Source of the DNA: a virus
Taxonomy: Duplodnaviria; Caudoviricetes
DNA length: 52,521 bases
IMG/VR virus record: IMGVR_UViG_3300020137_000002
Span: 1-52,521 of that record
Strand: one strand, 5' to 3'
The position numbers and the translations under genes are program-made. A model generated the notes under the pieces. The model was not told the origin of the DNA and ran no database searches. It saw only the letters and a program-made list of their open reading frames with translations. Below are positions 1 through 9,707 of this stretch, one piece after another (the first letter of the stretch is position 1; each line of letters begins with the position of its first letter).

Positions 1-127
1 CCCTGGCCGTTGACAGTATCCGGGTTGGCATCCTCTTGCACGGTCCAGCCGGTGATATCACCGTTGGCGTCAACAAACGTAGGCACTGTTACTCAGCCTC
101 CACTAGCGTACACTCCACGGCCCGGAA
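1..127. repeat. 127-bp direct terminal repeat (copy at 52395-52521); circularisation overlap
   Basis: The two copies are identical. The gene ending at 89 is followed by a GTG at 86 (=52480), so gene order is continuous across the join. Confidence 0.97.
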
Positions 128-949
128 GGAGTTGATGCCGTTGGAAATGATTCCTCGGTCGGTGGGCATCTGGGTGAAGAACAGTGCGTCATGGCCCTGG
201 CCGGTGTGCCATTGGGTCAGCCCGCTTGAATACTGGTTCTTGCTCAGGCACGCCACTGCACCATAGAAATCAAGGTCACCGTCCACCTCACCGAACATGC
301 GGAATGTCACACCGTTGGGACCGGCGATACCGGAGTTGGTGATGCCATCCGTTTCCGTGTCGATAAGCACAATCTCCGTGGGGTCTTCGTCATCGTCAGC
401 CTGGTATTCGAAGCCAGCGGTTCCGTCTGTGAGGTTACCGTGGAATCCGAAGTGCAGGTAGAATCCCTCGGGGATAGGAATCCACACTTCCCGGAACGTT
501 TCAGTGCCATTCAGGTAGTAGTTGGCGTACTTAACCGGTAGCGCCTTGGTGTTATCCGGCGTGTCGTATACGGCAGGGCGAGTAGCATCCTTACCGGCGA
601 GGTTCTTACCGTCTAGTCCGGCCTTCCACGGGGACGCCCAGCAGTCAGGCATGATATTAGTTGCCGCCGCCCACGGGTCCACCCAGTAAATGCCGTCCGT
701 ACCGTAGTCGCCATTGGCGTAGGCGAAGATGATATCAATCTCCTCATCCCGCGCCAACCCCCACGACATTCCATACGACCGGGAGGTGCCTGCCGAACGC
801 TTTACACCCTTGGTACCGTTGAGGCGGTCTGACACGCTAGACCACCCAGCAGAACTGCGGTCAACGTCCCTGCCAGGTGCGGGAACCCATGACATGAGGT
901 TCTGGGTGCCGAAGTAAATCTTGCGGTCTTTGGTGAAATCCGTGGTCAT
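89..949 (-). CDS. minor tail protein (distal tail-like)
   Basis: 286 aa, immediately downstream of tape measure; call is positional. Confidence 0.7.
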   Translation of the reverse strand: MTTDFTKDRKIYFGTQNLMSWVPAPGRDVDRSSAGWSSVSDRLNGTKGVKRSAGTSRSYGMSWGLARDEEIDIIFAYANGDYGTDGIYWVDPWAAATNIMPDCWASPWKAGLDGKNLAGKDATRPAVYDTPDNTKALPVKYANYYLNGTETFREVWIPIPEGFYLHFGFHGNLTDGTAGFEYQADDDEDPTEIVLIDTETDGITNSGIAGPNGVTFRMFGEVDGDLDFYGAVACLSKNQYSSGLTQWHTGQGHDALFFTQMPTDRGIISNGINSFRAVECTLVEAE

Positions 950-951
950 AC

Positions 952-3900
952 TTAAGACCTTCCTACCGTGCTCACGTTACGATTATAGTTGTTCACTGAC
1001 GTGGCGATTTGGCGTCCGTCAAGGTTCAGTTCAACCACCATCATCTTAGCCAGGTTACGGAGCGTGTTAGGGCCAAGTTCGGTGTACCCAGGGCCACTCA
1101 CGAAACCCCCACCGGCGTAACTCGGGGCAGGTGCAGTGGTACCCCGTGACAGACGGTTCAGGGCGTCAGCATAGGGCAACCCGGTGGACTGATTCACGTC
1201 GCGGGCCGGGATAACATACTCACCACGGTGAACCTCACCCGCCGGTTCGTACTTTCCACCTCGACCCGTGAAGCCTCCGGTGGCATACCCGACAAGGGCC
1301 TTGCGCTTCTTCATTAGGGCGTCAATTTGAGGTTGAACATACTTCACCAGGTTAGGGTTATACTTACCCGCAACGAGGGATGCAATCAATGCGTTAATCT
1401 GAGACGTGTATTCGGCGGCTCGCTGGTACTTAGTATTACTCGGGGCCTGGTAGTTCGTCTTGATGTTTTGGGTTGTGGTAACTGACCGATTCTTGTTCTT
1501 GGCGAAGAACTGGTCTAGTGCCTTCTGTGCCGGGCTGGTGTCTGCGTCTGCCTTCACCGTGAGATTACGGGGCACCTTGCTGATGATGCTCTGGAAGTCC
1601 CCAAAGGCCGCCGTGTACTTCTTGATTTCCGCGTTGGTGTACCCCAGGCTGGTAAGTTGAGCCTGGAACTTCTGACGCAACGATTCCGCGTACCGGGCGA
1701 CTTCCTGCTGGGAGTGGCCTGCCGCCGCGTAGGCAACAATGAGGTCCTCGTAACTGCCCAGGAGTTCTAGAACCGAGTTACGCTGGTCGATAGCCGCCTC
1801 AGTGTTTCCGGTAAGGGTAGGCGTAGCGGCCTGCTGGGCCTTGGTGGCATCCTTCTGCTTCTTGGCAAGGTCAGACTGGGACTTAGCCAGGTCTGCGTTC
1901 TTGTCCGCCAGTTCGGCAACGATTTCCTGCTCGCGGAGGGTATCGCCGTACTCACGGGCAACCGTCAACTGGTATTCGAGGATGGCAATGGATGACTGCT
2001 GGCCCATGATGTCAGCCTGAAGTTGCTGAATCTCCAACCGGAGGTCCGCCAACTTGTCGCGTGCATCTGAAAGCGACTGAGCGAGGTCCTGGAACTTGGA
2101 CGTAGCATCATCTGCCGCCTCCTGAAGCCCGAACCGATACTCGAAAGCATCCTTCATCACCGACGACAGGTCGGACACGTAGTCCGCGAGGGTACGAATC
2201 TCCTTAGCGGCCTTACGGGCGTTCGAGGCGGCGCGCCCAGTGTTGTCAGCCACCGAACTCATACCGGTGGCAATCTGGCCGGTGAGTTGACTCTGGGCAA
2301 TCATCTGCGCCGTGGCGGAAGGGTTAGCAAGTCCGGCAAGTGCCGCCCGGATGGGGGCAAGTTGAGCCGCACCAGTCACACCAGCGCCCACCAACTGGTT
2401 GATGATTTCGTGGACGTAGGCTGAGAACAGGTCAGCATCGTCACCTGCAACCTTACCCACCGCTTCCAGGGTGGAGGTGAGTGCTCCCAGGTTTTCGCGC
2501 CCTGCCGCCGTCTGCTCGCTGAAGTCCAGCCCGTTGGTGGCAAGCGAAGCACCCAGGTCATAGGTGGACCCGATAAGTGCGTACTGGGCGTTCAGAAGGT
2601 CGAACATCCCATCCGTGAGGTCATTAAGGGAGTCCCCGTACTCGTTTGCAGACGCCGCTGATTGCTCCATCTCCACGCCTGCCGCCTTATAGGCATTCGC
2701 TTGGGTTTGGGCCAGTGCGATGGTGTCTTGAGTAGTATTGTTAAATAGGCCAACGGAGTCGAGAAGGTCTAAGGTGGCGTAGTTGGCGTCCAATGACCCC
2801 TGCGTGAAGTTCGCAAGAGAGTTTCCCGTAGCGTCAACATTAGCCGTCTCATCCAAAAGCGTTTGAGCAAAATTAGAAAGGGCGGCGGGTACGTTTCCAC
2901 TTTCGATACCCTGGACTATATCATTCATCGTCAGGCCAGTTTTACTGAGCACGTCGTTCCAGGTAGCCAGGTTACTAGCCGCCTTCGCGGGGTCATCCCC
3001 TAGAATAGCGTCCACAAGACCCTTACGGATGGCCTGGTCGGTTACGGCACCTAGGTTGATATACAGTTCGTCCAGGCTTGTATTGAGGTCATCCACCCCA
3101 TCCCTGGCCGTAACTGAACCATCCCCCACCCCTGCCAGCGCGTTAGCCATGTCGTACGCCTGGTTAGCAGAGTCAACAGCGGCATCCCCGGTGTCCTCAA
3201 TCGTAACCTTCAGCCTACGTATAGACGCATCTCCGTTTTGAGTATCCTGGGTAATGGCTTCCCGTAGTGAGGCTCCGAACTCATCGAACTGGTGCTTCGC
3301 CTCCGATGAGCGCTGAGTCAAAAGCGAGATAGCAGTTCCAATGGCTACGACAGCAGCACCGATACCTGTAGAGATGAGGGCCGTCTTGATGGTGCCGATG
3401 GCAATCCTAGCGGCAACTGCCGACCCAGTAAGCGTCTCGATTTCGCCCCGGAGGGTAGCCATGTTGAACCGGGCAATGTTCCCCGACACGGCAAGACCGT
3501 CAAGGGCGGTACGGAGTGCCAGAGTGGAGGCAACCCCAAGAGCCATTGCGCCGAGAATGAGACCCAGGGCACCTGCGACAGCCGTAGCACCCACCGCCAC
3601 TAGCGCAAGGACTTGACCGAACCCGGTGGAGAGGAAGTCGGTAGCCGCCTTAGCCATCCGCGTAAGCAGGTCTACGATAGCCGCAATGGGGCCGGTTGAC
3701 GACTCACCAATGGTACCCAGGAGGTTTTGGAGGTTGTTCTTAAGGACCGTAATCTTGGAGGCCACTGTTTCCGCAACCACGCCATACTGGTCAGCAAGCG
3801 CTGTGCCGTCCTGGAAGCCCTGGCTGGCGATACGCATCTGGTCGGTGAGAACTTCACTGTTCTGCGCCAACTTCAGGATGGTGGGGATGTCACGGGATGC

Positions 3901-4962
3901 GGTGATGCCAAGTTCCTGAAGCACCGAGATAGCCTTCGAGTCCTCAACCCCTCCCAGACCGGTCAGGAATTGCTCTAGGGCACCTGCCGCGTCGTCACCC
4001 CACGCGGTAGCGAACTCCTGGCTTGTGAGGCCCGAAACCTTTCCGAACAACTTCAAGCGGTCACTACCGTCAGACACCGCCGTACTGATGTTCGTGAACA
4101 GGCGGGTGATAACACCACGGGCAAGTTCAGGCTGAACGCCCAGGGACGCCATGGCCGACGACAGACCGATAACCTGGTCTGCCGTGAAGCCCGCGAACGA
4201 ACCCAGTGAGGCAATCTGCGAGGAGATATTGATAATCTGAGACTCAGTAGCCACCGACGACACACCCGTTGCCACGATGGCTGAACCCAGGTTTTCGTAC
4301 TTGGTTGCGGGGACATCAAGAAGTTGTGACAACCGACCAAACGCAGTAGCGGCAGTGTCTACAGAAACATCGGTAACCGTAGCGAACTCAGCCACCAACT
4401 TGGTGAACTCAGCAACGTTTTGCTTGGCGATACCCAACTGACCGGCAAGGGTTCCAATGCGGGTGAGGTCGTTCCACGACTGAGGGATGGAGGTGAACAG
4501 GTCCTCAAAGTCATCCCGAAGGTCGTTCGCCTCCTTGCCCGTCTTGTCCATGTACACGCCGGTGGTGCGTGCCACGTCCGCAAAACGCCGGTCCATGCTA
4601 ATGGCGGTTGCGGTAGATGCCGTGGACAACCCGAGGAGTGCGGCACCTGCAAGGTTCGCGGTCGTCGCAACATCGTACAGGGCATACCGGAGACGGGGTG
4701 CGGAGTTGGCAAACGAGTCTGTAGCGCTTGCCGCCTTCTTCGTGGCCTCCGTTGCCTTATTGGTGGCGTCCGTTGTTTTGGCGGAGGCTTGGCCCAGTTG
4801 CTCCATTGACCGGGCACCATTGGCGAGTTCCTTATCCGTGATGGTGCCCTGCTTGTATAGATTACGCAGGGTCCCCTCTAGTGACTCTACAGCCTTCCGA
4901 GAGTTTTCAGCACCAGTCGTAGTAATGACGAGATTAATCCGCCGGGTAACGTCGCCTGACAC
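952..4962 (-). CDS. tape measure protein
   Basis: 1336 aa, Ala-rich and helical; TP901-type core, hydrophobic segments, C-terminal YATGG...AGEVHRGEYVIPA motif; follows the tail chaperones. Confidence 0.97.
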   Translation of the reverse strand: MSGDVTRRINLVITTTGAENSRKAVESLEGTLRNLYKQGTITDKELANGARSMEQLGQASAKTTDATNKATEATKKAASATDSFANSAPRLRYALYDVATTANLAGAALLGLSTASTATAISMDRRFADVARTTGVYMDKTGKEANDLRDDFEDLFTSIPQSWNDLTRIGTLAGQLGIAKQNVAEFTKLVAEFATVTDVSVDTAATAFGRLSQLLDVPATKYENLGSAIVATGVSSVATESQIINISSQIASLGSFAGFTADQVIGLSSAMASLGVQPELARGVITRLFTNISTAVSDGSDRLKLFGKVSGLTSQEFATAWGDDAAGALEQFLTGLGGVEDSKAISVLQELGITASRDIPTILKLAQNSEVLTDQMRIASQGFQDGTALADQYGVVAETVASKITVLKNNLQNLLGTIGESSTGPIAAIVDLLTRMAKAATDFLSTGFGQVLALVAVGATAVAGALGLILGAMALGVASTLALRTALDGLAVSGNIARFNMATLRGEIETLTGSAVAARIAIGTIKTALISTGIGAAVVAIGTAISLLTQRSSEAKHQFDEFGASLREAITQDTQNGDASIRRLKVTIEDTGDAAVDSANQAYDMANALAGVGDGSVTARDGVDDLNTSLDELYINLGAVTDQAIRKGLVDAILGDDPAKAASNLATWNDVLSKTGLTMNDIVQGIESGNVPAALSNFAQTLLDETANVDATGNSLANFTQGSLDANYATLDLLDSVGLFNNTTQDTIALAQTQANAYKAAGVEMEQSAASANEYGDSLNDLTDGMFDLLNAQYALIGSTYDLGASLATNGLDFSEQTAAGRENLGALTSTLEAVGKVAGDDADLFSAYVHEIINQLVGAGVTGAAQLAPIRAALAGLANPSATAQMIAQSQLTGQIATGMSSVADNTGRAASNARKAAKEIRTLADYVSDLSSVMKDAFEYRFGLQEAADDATSKFQDLAQSLSDARDKLADLRLEIQQLQADIMGQQSSIAILEYQLTVAREYGDTLREQEIVAELADKNADLAKSQSDLAKKQKDATKAQQAATPTLTGNTEAAIDQRNSVLELLGSYEDLIVAYAAAGHSQQEVARYAESLRQKFQAQLTSLGYTNAEIKKYTAAFGDFQSIISKVPRNLTVKADADTSPAQKALDQFFAKNKNRSVTTTQNIKTNYQAPSNTKYQRAAEYTSQINALIASLVAGKYNPNLVKYVQPQIDALMKKRKALVGYATGGFTGRGGKYEPAGEVHRGEYVIPARDVNQSTGLPYADALNRLSRGTTAPAPSYAGGGFVSGPGYTELGPNTLRNLAKMMVVELNLDGRQIATSVNNYNRNVSTVGRS

Positions 4963-4990
4963 TGAAATCCTCCTGGGGTATTGTACCCTA

Positions 4991-5440
4991 CTATTCTACC
5001 AAACCCTCTTTTTCAGAGTTTACCCAGTCCTGATAGGTCCACAGGGTTTTATCAGTCCTCAAGGAGCGGATATCAGGTACGAAGTATTCACCGGGGGTGG
5101 GCTTGTATTTTGCCGAGCCGGTGATGGACTCAATGGATGCCTTAAACTGGTCAATTTTCCGCTTGGCCTCAATAGACGCCTTGGGGTCCTTCTTGGTCCA
5201 CTCGGGGATGCCATTATCGTCAGTGAACGCCTCAATTGTCTGGTCAGCCGCCGCCAGGGCGAAATCCCAGTCAATCCATTCGTCGCGGTCCCCCAACGGC
5301 TCACCCGTGAGGGGGTCCCTATGTCCGAACCATTCATCCCGCATGAGCATGGAGGAGGGGCGCTTGCCCCACACCCCCGCGCTTTGGATTACTGGTCGGT
5401 AGAATCGGGCTCCTCCGTCTGAGAGGGCTGTGACAAAAAA
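4991..5440 (-). CDS. tail assembly chaperone, -1 frameshift extension (gpGT-like)
   Basis: The -1 frame after GAT TTT TTG (5434-5440) reads FVTALSDGGARFYRPVIQSAGVWGKRP into ORF 4991..5374. Confidence 0.85.
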   Translation of the reverse strand, partial: FFVTALSDGGARFYRPVIQSAGVWGKRPSSMLMRDEWFGHRDPLTGEPLGDRDEWIDWDFALAAADQTIEAFTDDNGIPEWTKKDPKASIEAKRKIDQFKASIESITGSAKYKPTPGEYFVPDIRSLRTDKTLWTYQDWVNSEKEGLVE

Positions 5441-5982
5441 TCAAGGCCCTGCACCAACTGCTCGTAACCACGCTCCGCGTTGTCCCGTAGGGAGGCGATA
5501 GCACTTGCAACGGCGTGAATGCCGGAAGCGGGAAGAAGTTTGAGCATAGCGGCGATATCGTCAGGGGTGGGGACGACCTCGGAACCATCCGGGGACTTCA
5601 CCTTCACCACGTACAGTTCCCACTCCAACTGGGCAAAGTAGTCCTCGGCACCGGGGTCCTGGGTGGTCTCTCCGAAGGCCGACTTGGTAATGGGGTACTT
5701 AGCCAGTACCTTCTCGGTCAGCGTCTTCAAGATGTGACGGGGGACACCGCGAACAGTGAACTCGTAGATGTCGCCCTCAAGAGCCTTCTCCACCTGGACA
5801 CGGGCCTCTTCAAGTTCCTTCGATGCAGGGTTTTGGTACGCCAGGTCGGTAGCCTTCGCTAGGGCATACATACCGGCCTCGTCAAACACCACCCTCACGG
5901 TGTCCTGAGGGTAGGACCGCCCGGTAAGTGCGGCGATAAGGTCAAACGTCTTCGGGTTGTTCAGGTCATCGTGAGCAGTCAT
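5389..5982 (-). CDS. tail assembly chaperone (gpG-like)
   Basis: 197 aa, upstream of tape measure, slippery T TTT TTG near its 3' end. Confidence 0.85.
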   Translation of the reverse strand: MTAHDDLNNPKTFDLIAALTGRSYPQDTVRVVFDEAGMYALAKATDLAYQNPASKELEEARVQVEKALEGDIYEFTVRGVPRHILKTLTEKVLAKYPITKSAFGETTQDPGAEDYFAQLEWELYVVKVKSPDGSEVVPTPDDIAAMLKLLPASGIHAVASAIASLRDNAERGYEQLVQGLDFLSQPSQTEEPDSTDQ

Positions 5983-6050
5983 CCGGATAGCCCCTTCTAG
6001 TAGTTCCTCTTACCCGTACATTCTACCACGCCCCGTTTTTGGGGTACGAA

Positions 6051-6083
6051 AAGACCCGCCCACTGGTACGATGGGCGGGTTTC
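6051..6083 (-). terminator. intrinsic terminator
   Basis: ACCCGCCCA/TGGGCGGGT stem followed by a T-run on the minus strand. Confidence 0.75.
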
Positions 6084-6088
6084 GCGTG

Positions 6089-6307
6089 TCAGTCGGTAAG
6101 AATACCCGCCTGCACAAGGACGTCCACGAGGGACTGAAGGTCCGCCGCCACGTCACCGGCATCCGCAGGCTCGTCGTTGATAACAGGGGCCTCCGTGGGG
6201 GTGAAGTCAGCGCCGGGAATGTCACCCACCACAACAAACGGCTGGGGGGTGAGTCCCGTGTAGGACTCCTCAGAAACCTGAGTGAGGCTAATGGGCTTGG
6301 GGTCCAT
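6089..6307 (-). CDS. small virion protein, head-fibre-like
   Basis: 72 aa, SD AAGGAG; C-terminal ADLQSLVDVLVQAGIL resembles head-fibre C-terminal helices. Confidence 0.55.
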   Translation of the reverse strand: MDPKPISLTQVSEESYTGLTPQPFVVVGDIPGADFTPTEAPVINDEPADAGDVAADLQSLVDVLVQAGILTD

Positions 6308-6342
6308 TCTTTTTCTCCTTATGAAAGGTAAACGTCCTCACA

Positions 6343-7995
6343 CTAGTATACCACCTTGGAGTACCTAATCTTCCCGGCGTCGTATATCCGCTCCAAGCCG
6401 TTAAGTTCAGCCAATTGTCGCTCTGTCAACCCGTCCGCGTAGAGCAGGTGCGGGTCTTTTCGAAACCGAGCCTTGCGGTAATTGAACTTGTGTTCCCTAC
6501 GGTCCCCCGCCACATACCAGTAGTCAGGTGGGGTTTCCCCTGAGACGGTAAACCCAGCGGATTCGTACAGTCGTCCTGTAGAAACATCCCTAGCGGCAAA
6601 TGTCACCCACTCTTGCACATCTAGTTGCTTCTCTACATAGGCAAGGAGTTTAGTGAACCCGCCCCTCACTAGGGCGTTGGTGGCAAACCGTATAATCTCG
6701 TGGGGTCCCTTCTTACGGTGCTTCACCACCAGGACGGCACGGATATCCCCCTCGCTATCCCGAAGGGCGTAACTCTTACCGGCGGCGTACCCCTGAATGT
6801 GGTTCTCGTCAAGAAAAACGCGGGCCTCCTGGGATGTAACCGGGGCACACGTAAGGTCGCGGGCGTTTACCTTCATCTCGTCCGAAAGCCCAATCTTACG
6901 CAAGAGGGTCTTCTTCACCACATCCTTACGGTACTTCCAGTCATCCTCCCACACGTGGATAAGCGTCACCCCTGCTTCTTCGCAAGCCTGCGTCTTGGAG
7001 AGGTGCTTTGACCTCCCTACACGCTTCTCAGTGTGCCAGTACAGCCCGTTGAACTCAATAGCCACAGACCTCTCCGGGAGGTAGATATCCAACTCCATTG
7101 GGTGTATGAGGCTTCGGTTGCTTGTCTCCACCGTGGTGACCGTGGAGAGCCATTCTGCAAGTTCGGTTTCAGGGGTGGATACTCGGGGTGAGCATTTAGG
7201 GCAGTTGTACCCATCTGTCCTGTCGGCAAGGCGGGACTCCCATTCATGCCCAAACGCACACGTCCAACGCACCCGGTAGGAACTACTCTCGGTCACCTCA
7301 CTAGGCCCCCTATCGTTGTCAGGGTGCCACTGGGCGGCCAACTCCGGGTTGAGGGTCGCCAAGTCGTTAAACCCAGGGGACACAACGCGGCCTGAGCATA
7401 CAGCACACCCGGAGCCCTGCTTAGCCCGGTTCTGAACCTTAACAGCCCACTCATGTCCCTTAGAGCACACCCACCAGGCTCGATAATGACTCCCCGCCGT
7501 GACCTCTTGAGGTGTCTTCTCGTTGTCAGGATGCCATTCCGGCAGGAGTTCAGGGTTAGTGGTAGCAAGGTCGTTGAAGCCTGCCAGGACCCGCTTGCCG
7601 GTGCAGAACGGGCACCCCTGCCCGCCTATTGTCCGGTTGTAGACGGGGGACTCCCATTCGTGGCCGCAAGACCCAAGCCACCATGCCTTCTTGCCGGTTG
7701 CGCCCGTTACCTCCGAAGGGGTGATGGTGTTACGCGAGGGGTGCCACTGGGAGGCCACGTCTGGGTAGCGGGTGGCAAGGTCATTGAACCCAGAAAGAAC
7801 CTTCAGGGGGTTAGGGGCACAGTAAGGGCACCCTTGTGACCGGGACGCACGAGATTGCACCGTAGCGTGCCATGTATGGCCGCACGGTCCCACCCACTCC
7901 GCCTTGTACTGGGAGCCGTACGTCACATCCTCTGGGGTTCGGTCGTTACCGGGACCCCACTGTTCTGCCAGTTCAGGGTGTGTTGTTGCTAGCAC
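6343..7995 (-). CDS. Hef-like endonuclease with 4 zinc-ribbon (DUF4379-like) repeats and a C-terminal Mom/GNAT-like region
   Basis: GTG 7995 with SD GAGGAGG; four LAT..PEL...W..GH.W...R...CxxC repeats; ELDIYLPERSVAIEFNGLYWH nuclease motif; FLDENHIQG...RFA...GGFTKLL...LYESAGF tail. Confidence 0.8.
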   Translation of the reverse strand: MLATTHPELAEQWGPGNDRTPEDVTYGSQYKAEWVGPCGHTWHATVQSRASRSQGCPYCAPNPLKVLSGFNDLATRYPDVASQWHPSRNTITPSEVTGATGKKAWWLGSCGHEWESPVYNRTIGGQGCPFCTGKRVLAGFNDLATTNPELLPEWHPDNEKTPQEVTAGSHYRAWWVCSKGHEWAVKVQNRAKQGSGCAVCSGRVVSPGFNDLATLNPELAAQWHPDNDRGPSEVTESSSYRVRWTCAFGHEWESRLADRTDGYNCPKCSPRVSTPETELAEWLSTVTTVETSNRSLIHPMELDIYLPERSVAIEFNGLYWHTEKRVGRSKHLSKTQACEEAGVTLIHVWEDDWKYRKDVVKKTLLRKIGLSDEMKVNARDLTCAPVTSQEARVFLDENHIQGYAAGKSYALRDSEGDIRAVLVVKHRKKGPHEIIRFATNALVRGGFTKLLAYVEKQLDVQEWVTFAARDVSTGRLYESAGFTVSGETPPDYWYVAGDRREHKFNYRKARFRKDPHLLYADGLTERQLAELNGLERIYDAGKIRYSKVVY

Positions 7996-8025
7996 TCTGC
8001 CTCCTCTCAATCGCCCCAGTGTAGC

Positions 8026-8066
8026 ACAAAACCCCGGCCAGCCTGACTGAGTACCGGGGTTGTTGT
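8026..8066 (-). terminator. intrinsic terminator after the tail tube genes
   Basis: AACCCCGG/CCGGGGTT stem with T-run. Confidence 0.75.
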
Positions 8067-8074
8067 GGGTGAGG

Positions 8075-8869
8075 TTAGGAGACGGTAACTGCCACGGTGT
8101 CGTTGTCACCGGTTACCGGGTCGGTTACGGTGACCGTTGCAGTGTCAGTGGCCGTACCGGTCACCTTGTAGAAGCCACCGGGGTACACATCGATAACCGT
8201 TGCGTCGTCCGTGGTGAACTCAAGGTAGCAGGTAACATCGCGGCCCTGCTGGGCGGCGCGGATGCGGCCCGTAGAACCAGCGGCGAACGACGCCGGTTCG
8301 ATGGCCGTAACGGCGTGGTCACCGGCCACAACCACGTGGCTGAACTCAGTCTTGGGGATGAACGACGCGACATACCGCTTCGACTCGCCCGGCGTGAAGG
8401 GGTTGGTCTCACCCTCACGCTGAACACGGTAGACAGACACGAAGTCACCATCAGCCGCATCCTCGGACTGGTCCACATCACCGTCGATACGAGTGGCGAT
8501 ATCCACCTTTGAACCGGGGGTGTCAATCATATCGTACAGATTGGAGATGAGGTTCGAAGAGTCGTCGTACGCCTTGGGGTAGTACGGGCTGAACGAGCCA
8601 CCAAAGTTGGCAAGACCGAACGTCTCAGCGGTGGAGGCGTCAGCAAGCGAAGGCTCGTTGTTCGTCTCGGAAGCGTCCATACCGAACGACCAGTCGTTGA
8701 AGGAGATAGCCTCCGCAACGGAGAGCATACCCGACGCACCGCCGGTGTTGTTCAGTTCAACGGGAAGCGGCTCACCCACGTTGGTGACACCAAACGCGCC
8801 ACCAGTGGGGCCAATGAACACCGCGATGTTCTCGTTGGCAACCGCCTTCTCAATATCCTTGTATGCCAT
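8075..8869 (-). CDS. major tail (tube) protein paralogue 2 with C-terminal Ig-like domain
   Basis: GEPLPVELNN motif parallels SAPTDDELNA of the upstream tube gene; C-terminus FTTDDATVIDV...TATVTVT...VAVTVS is Ig (Big_2)-like. Confidence 0.75.
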   Translation of the reverse strand: MAYKDIEKAVANENIAVFIGPTGGAFGVTNVGEPLPVELNNTGGASGMLSVAEAISFNDWSFGMDASETNNEPSLADASTAETFGLANFGGSFSPYYPKAYDDSSNLISNLYDMIDTPGSKVDIATRIDGDVDQSEDAADGDFVSVYRVQREGETNPFTPGESKRYVASFIPKTEFSHVVVAGDHAVTAIEPASFAAGSTGRIRAAQQGRDVTCYLEFTTDDATVIDVYPGGFYKVTGTATDTATVTVTDPVTGDNDTVAVTVS

Positions 8870-8870
8870 G

Positions 8871-9443
8871 TTACGCAGCCTCCACTACTTCGACGTTCCA
8901 GGCGAGGTCCGTGCGCTTGGCGAACGTCTGAACCCACGTAATCGGCGCACCGGACGAAATGTTGGGAATCGCGTAGTCCGTGGCTACCTGTGCAATCTTC
9001 ACACGGTCACCAGCGGCAAACGCGGCGTCAGGGGCCTTCCCCACCGACATGATAGCCAGGTACTCCTGACCGCGCCACGCCAGCAACGAGTGGGTGAGGT
9101 TTGCAACGTTGTAACCGTCCGACTCACTGGTGCTCGTTGCGTCCGTCCAACGACGCTTGTCCATGAAGTATTCAAACACCACCGTAGCACTACGGGTAAG
9201 CACATCACCCGAACCGGCACGCTGGCAGAAGGACGTGGTGTCGTCCAACTCCGGGTCGTCCAGGTCGAAGGTCGTGCCGTCCGTGTTCAGCGCACACGTC
9301 ACGTTGAAAATCAGCGCAGAGGGGACGTTAGAGGAGTTGGCGTTCAACTCGTCGTCAGTGGGCGCGGAAATATCAGCGATGGCGAGTTTGTGCGCCAGCA
9401 TGAAGCGATACGAAAGGTCTTCGGTCAATCGCTCAAGGGCCAT
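8871..9443 (-). CDS. major tail (tube) protein paralogue 1
   Basis: IADISAPTDDELNA...NVTCAL and AFAAGDRVKI motifs typical of actinophage tail tube proteins. Confidence 0.8.
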   Translation of the reverse strand: MALERLTEDLSYRFMLAHKLAIADISAPTDDELNANSSNVPSALIFNVTCALNTDGTTFDLDDPELDDTTSFCQRAGSGDVLTRSATVVFEYFMDKRRWTDATSTSESDGYNVANLTHSLLAWRGQEYLAIMSVGKAPDAAFAAGDRVKIAQVATDYAIPNISSGAPITWVQTFAKRTDLAWNVEVVEAA

Positions 9444-9444
9444 A

Positions 9445-9702
9445 TTACTCTGTCACCTCATTCTCAGTTTCTACGGCCTCATCAGCCGGTTCCTCGGGAA
9501 CCTCAACCACCTTAGCGGGGTGCTGTTCCTTGAACTTCTTTGCGGAACGCGGCTTGAACGTGGCCGGTGCGTACGGCTTCTGCTCCTCGTCAACGCGAAC
9601 AAACGTGTCCTGGTTGAAGATGGCGGGGTTCTCGAAGAGGCGACGCTTAATAAAGCCGACCGCTCCGGTCTCCGTGTTCAGCACTTTAATCATTTCGCTC
9701 AT
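9445..9702 (-). CDS. hypothetical virion-module protein, probably leaderless
   Basis: 85 aa; ATG 7 nt after TGGTAAACT, no SD. Confidence 0.7.
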   Translation of the reverse strand: MSEMIKVLNTETGAVGFIKRRLFENPAIFNQDTFVRVDEEQKPYAPATFKPRSAKKFKEQHPAKVVEVPEEPADEAVETENEVTE

Positions 9703-9707
9703 GGTAT

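Noticed and set aside
4487-5422. Long antisense ORFs (also 8607-9515, 30228-31301, 39942-41150, 48529-49563)
   Set aside because: Shadow frames opposite well-supported genes in GC-rich DNA, with no recognisable motifs.
6343-7995. Group I intron or intein hosting the Hef-like gene
   Set aside because: Flanking genes are complete and the ORF has its own promoter-like element and SD, so it is free-standing.
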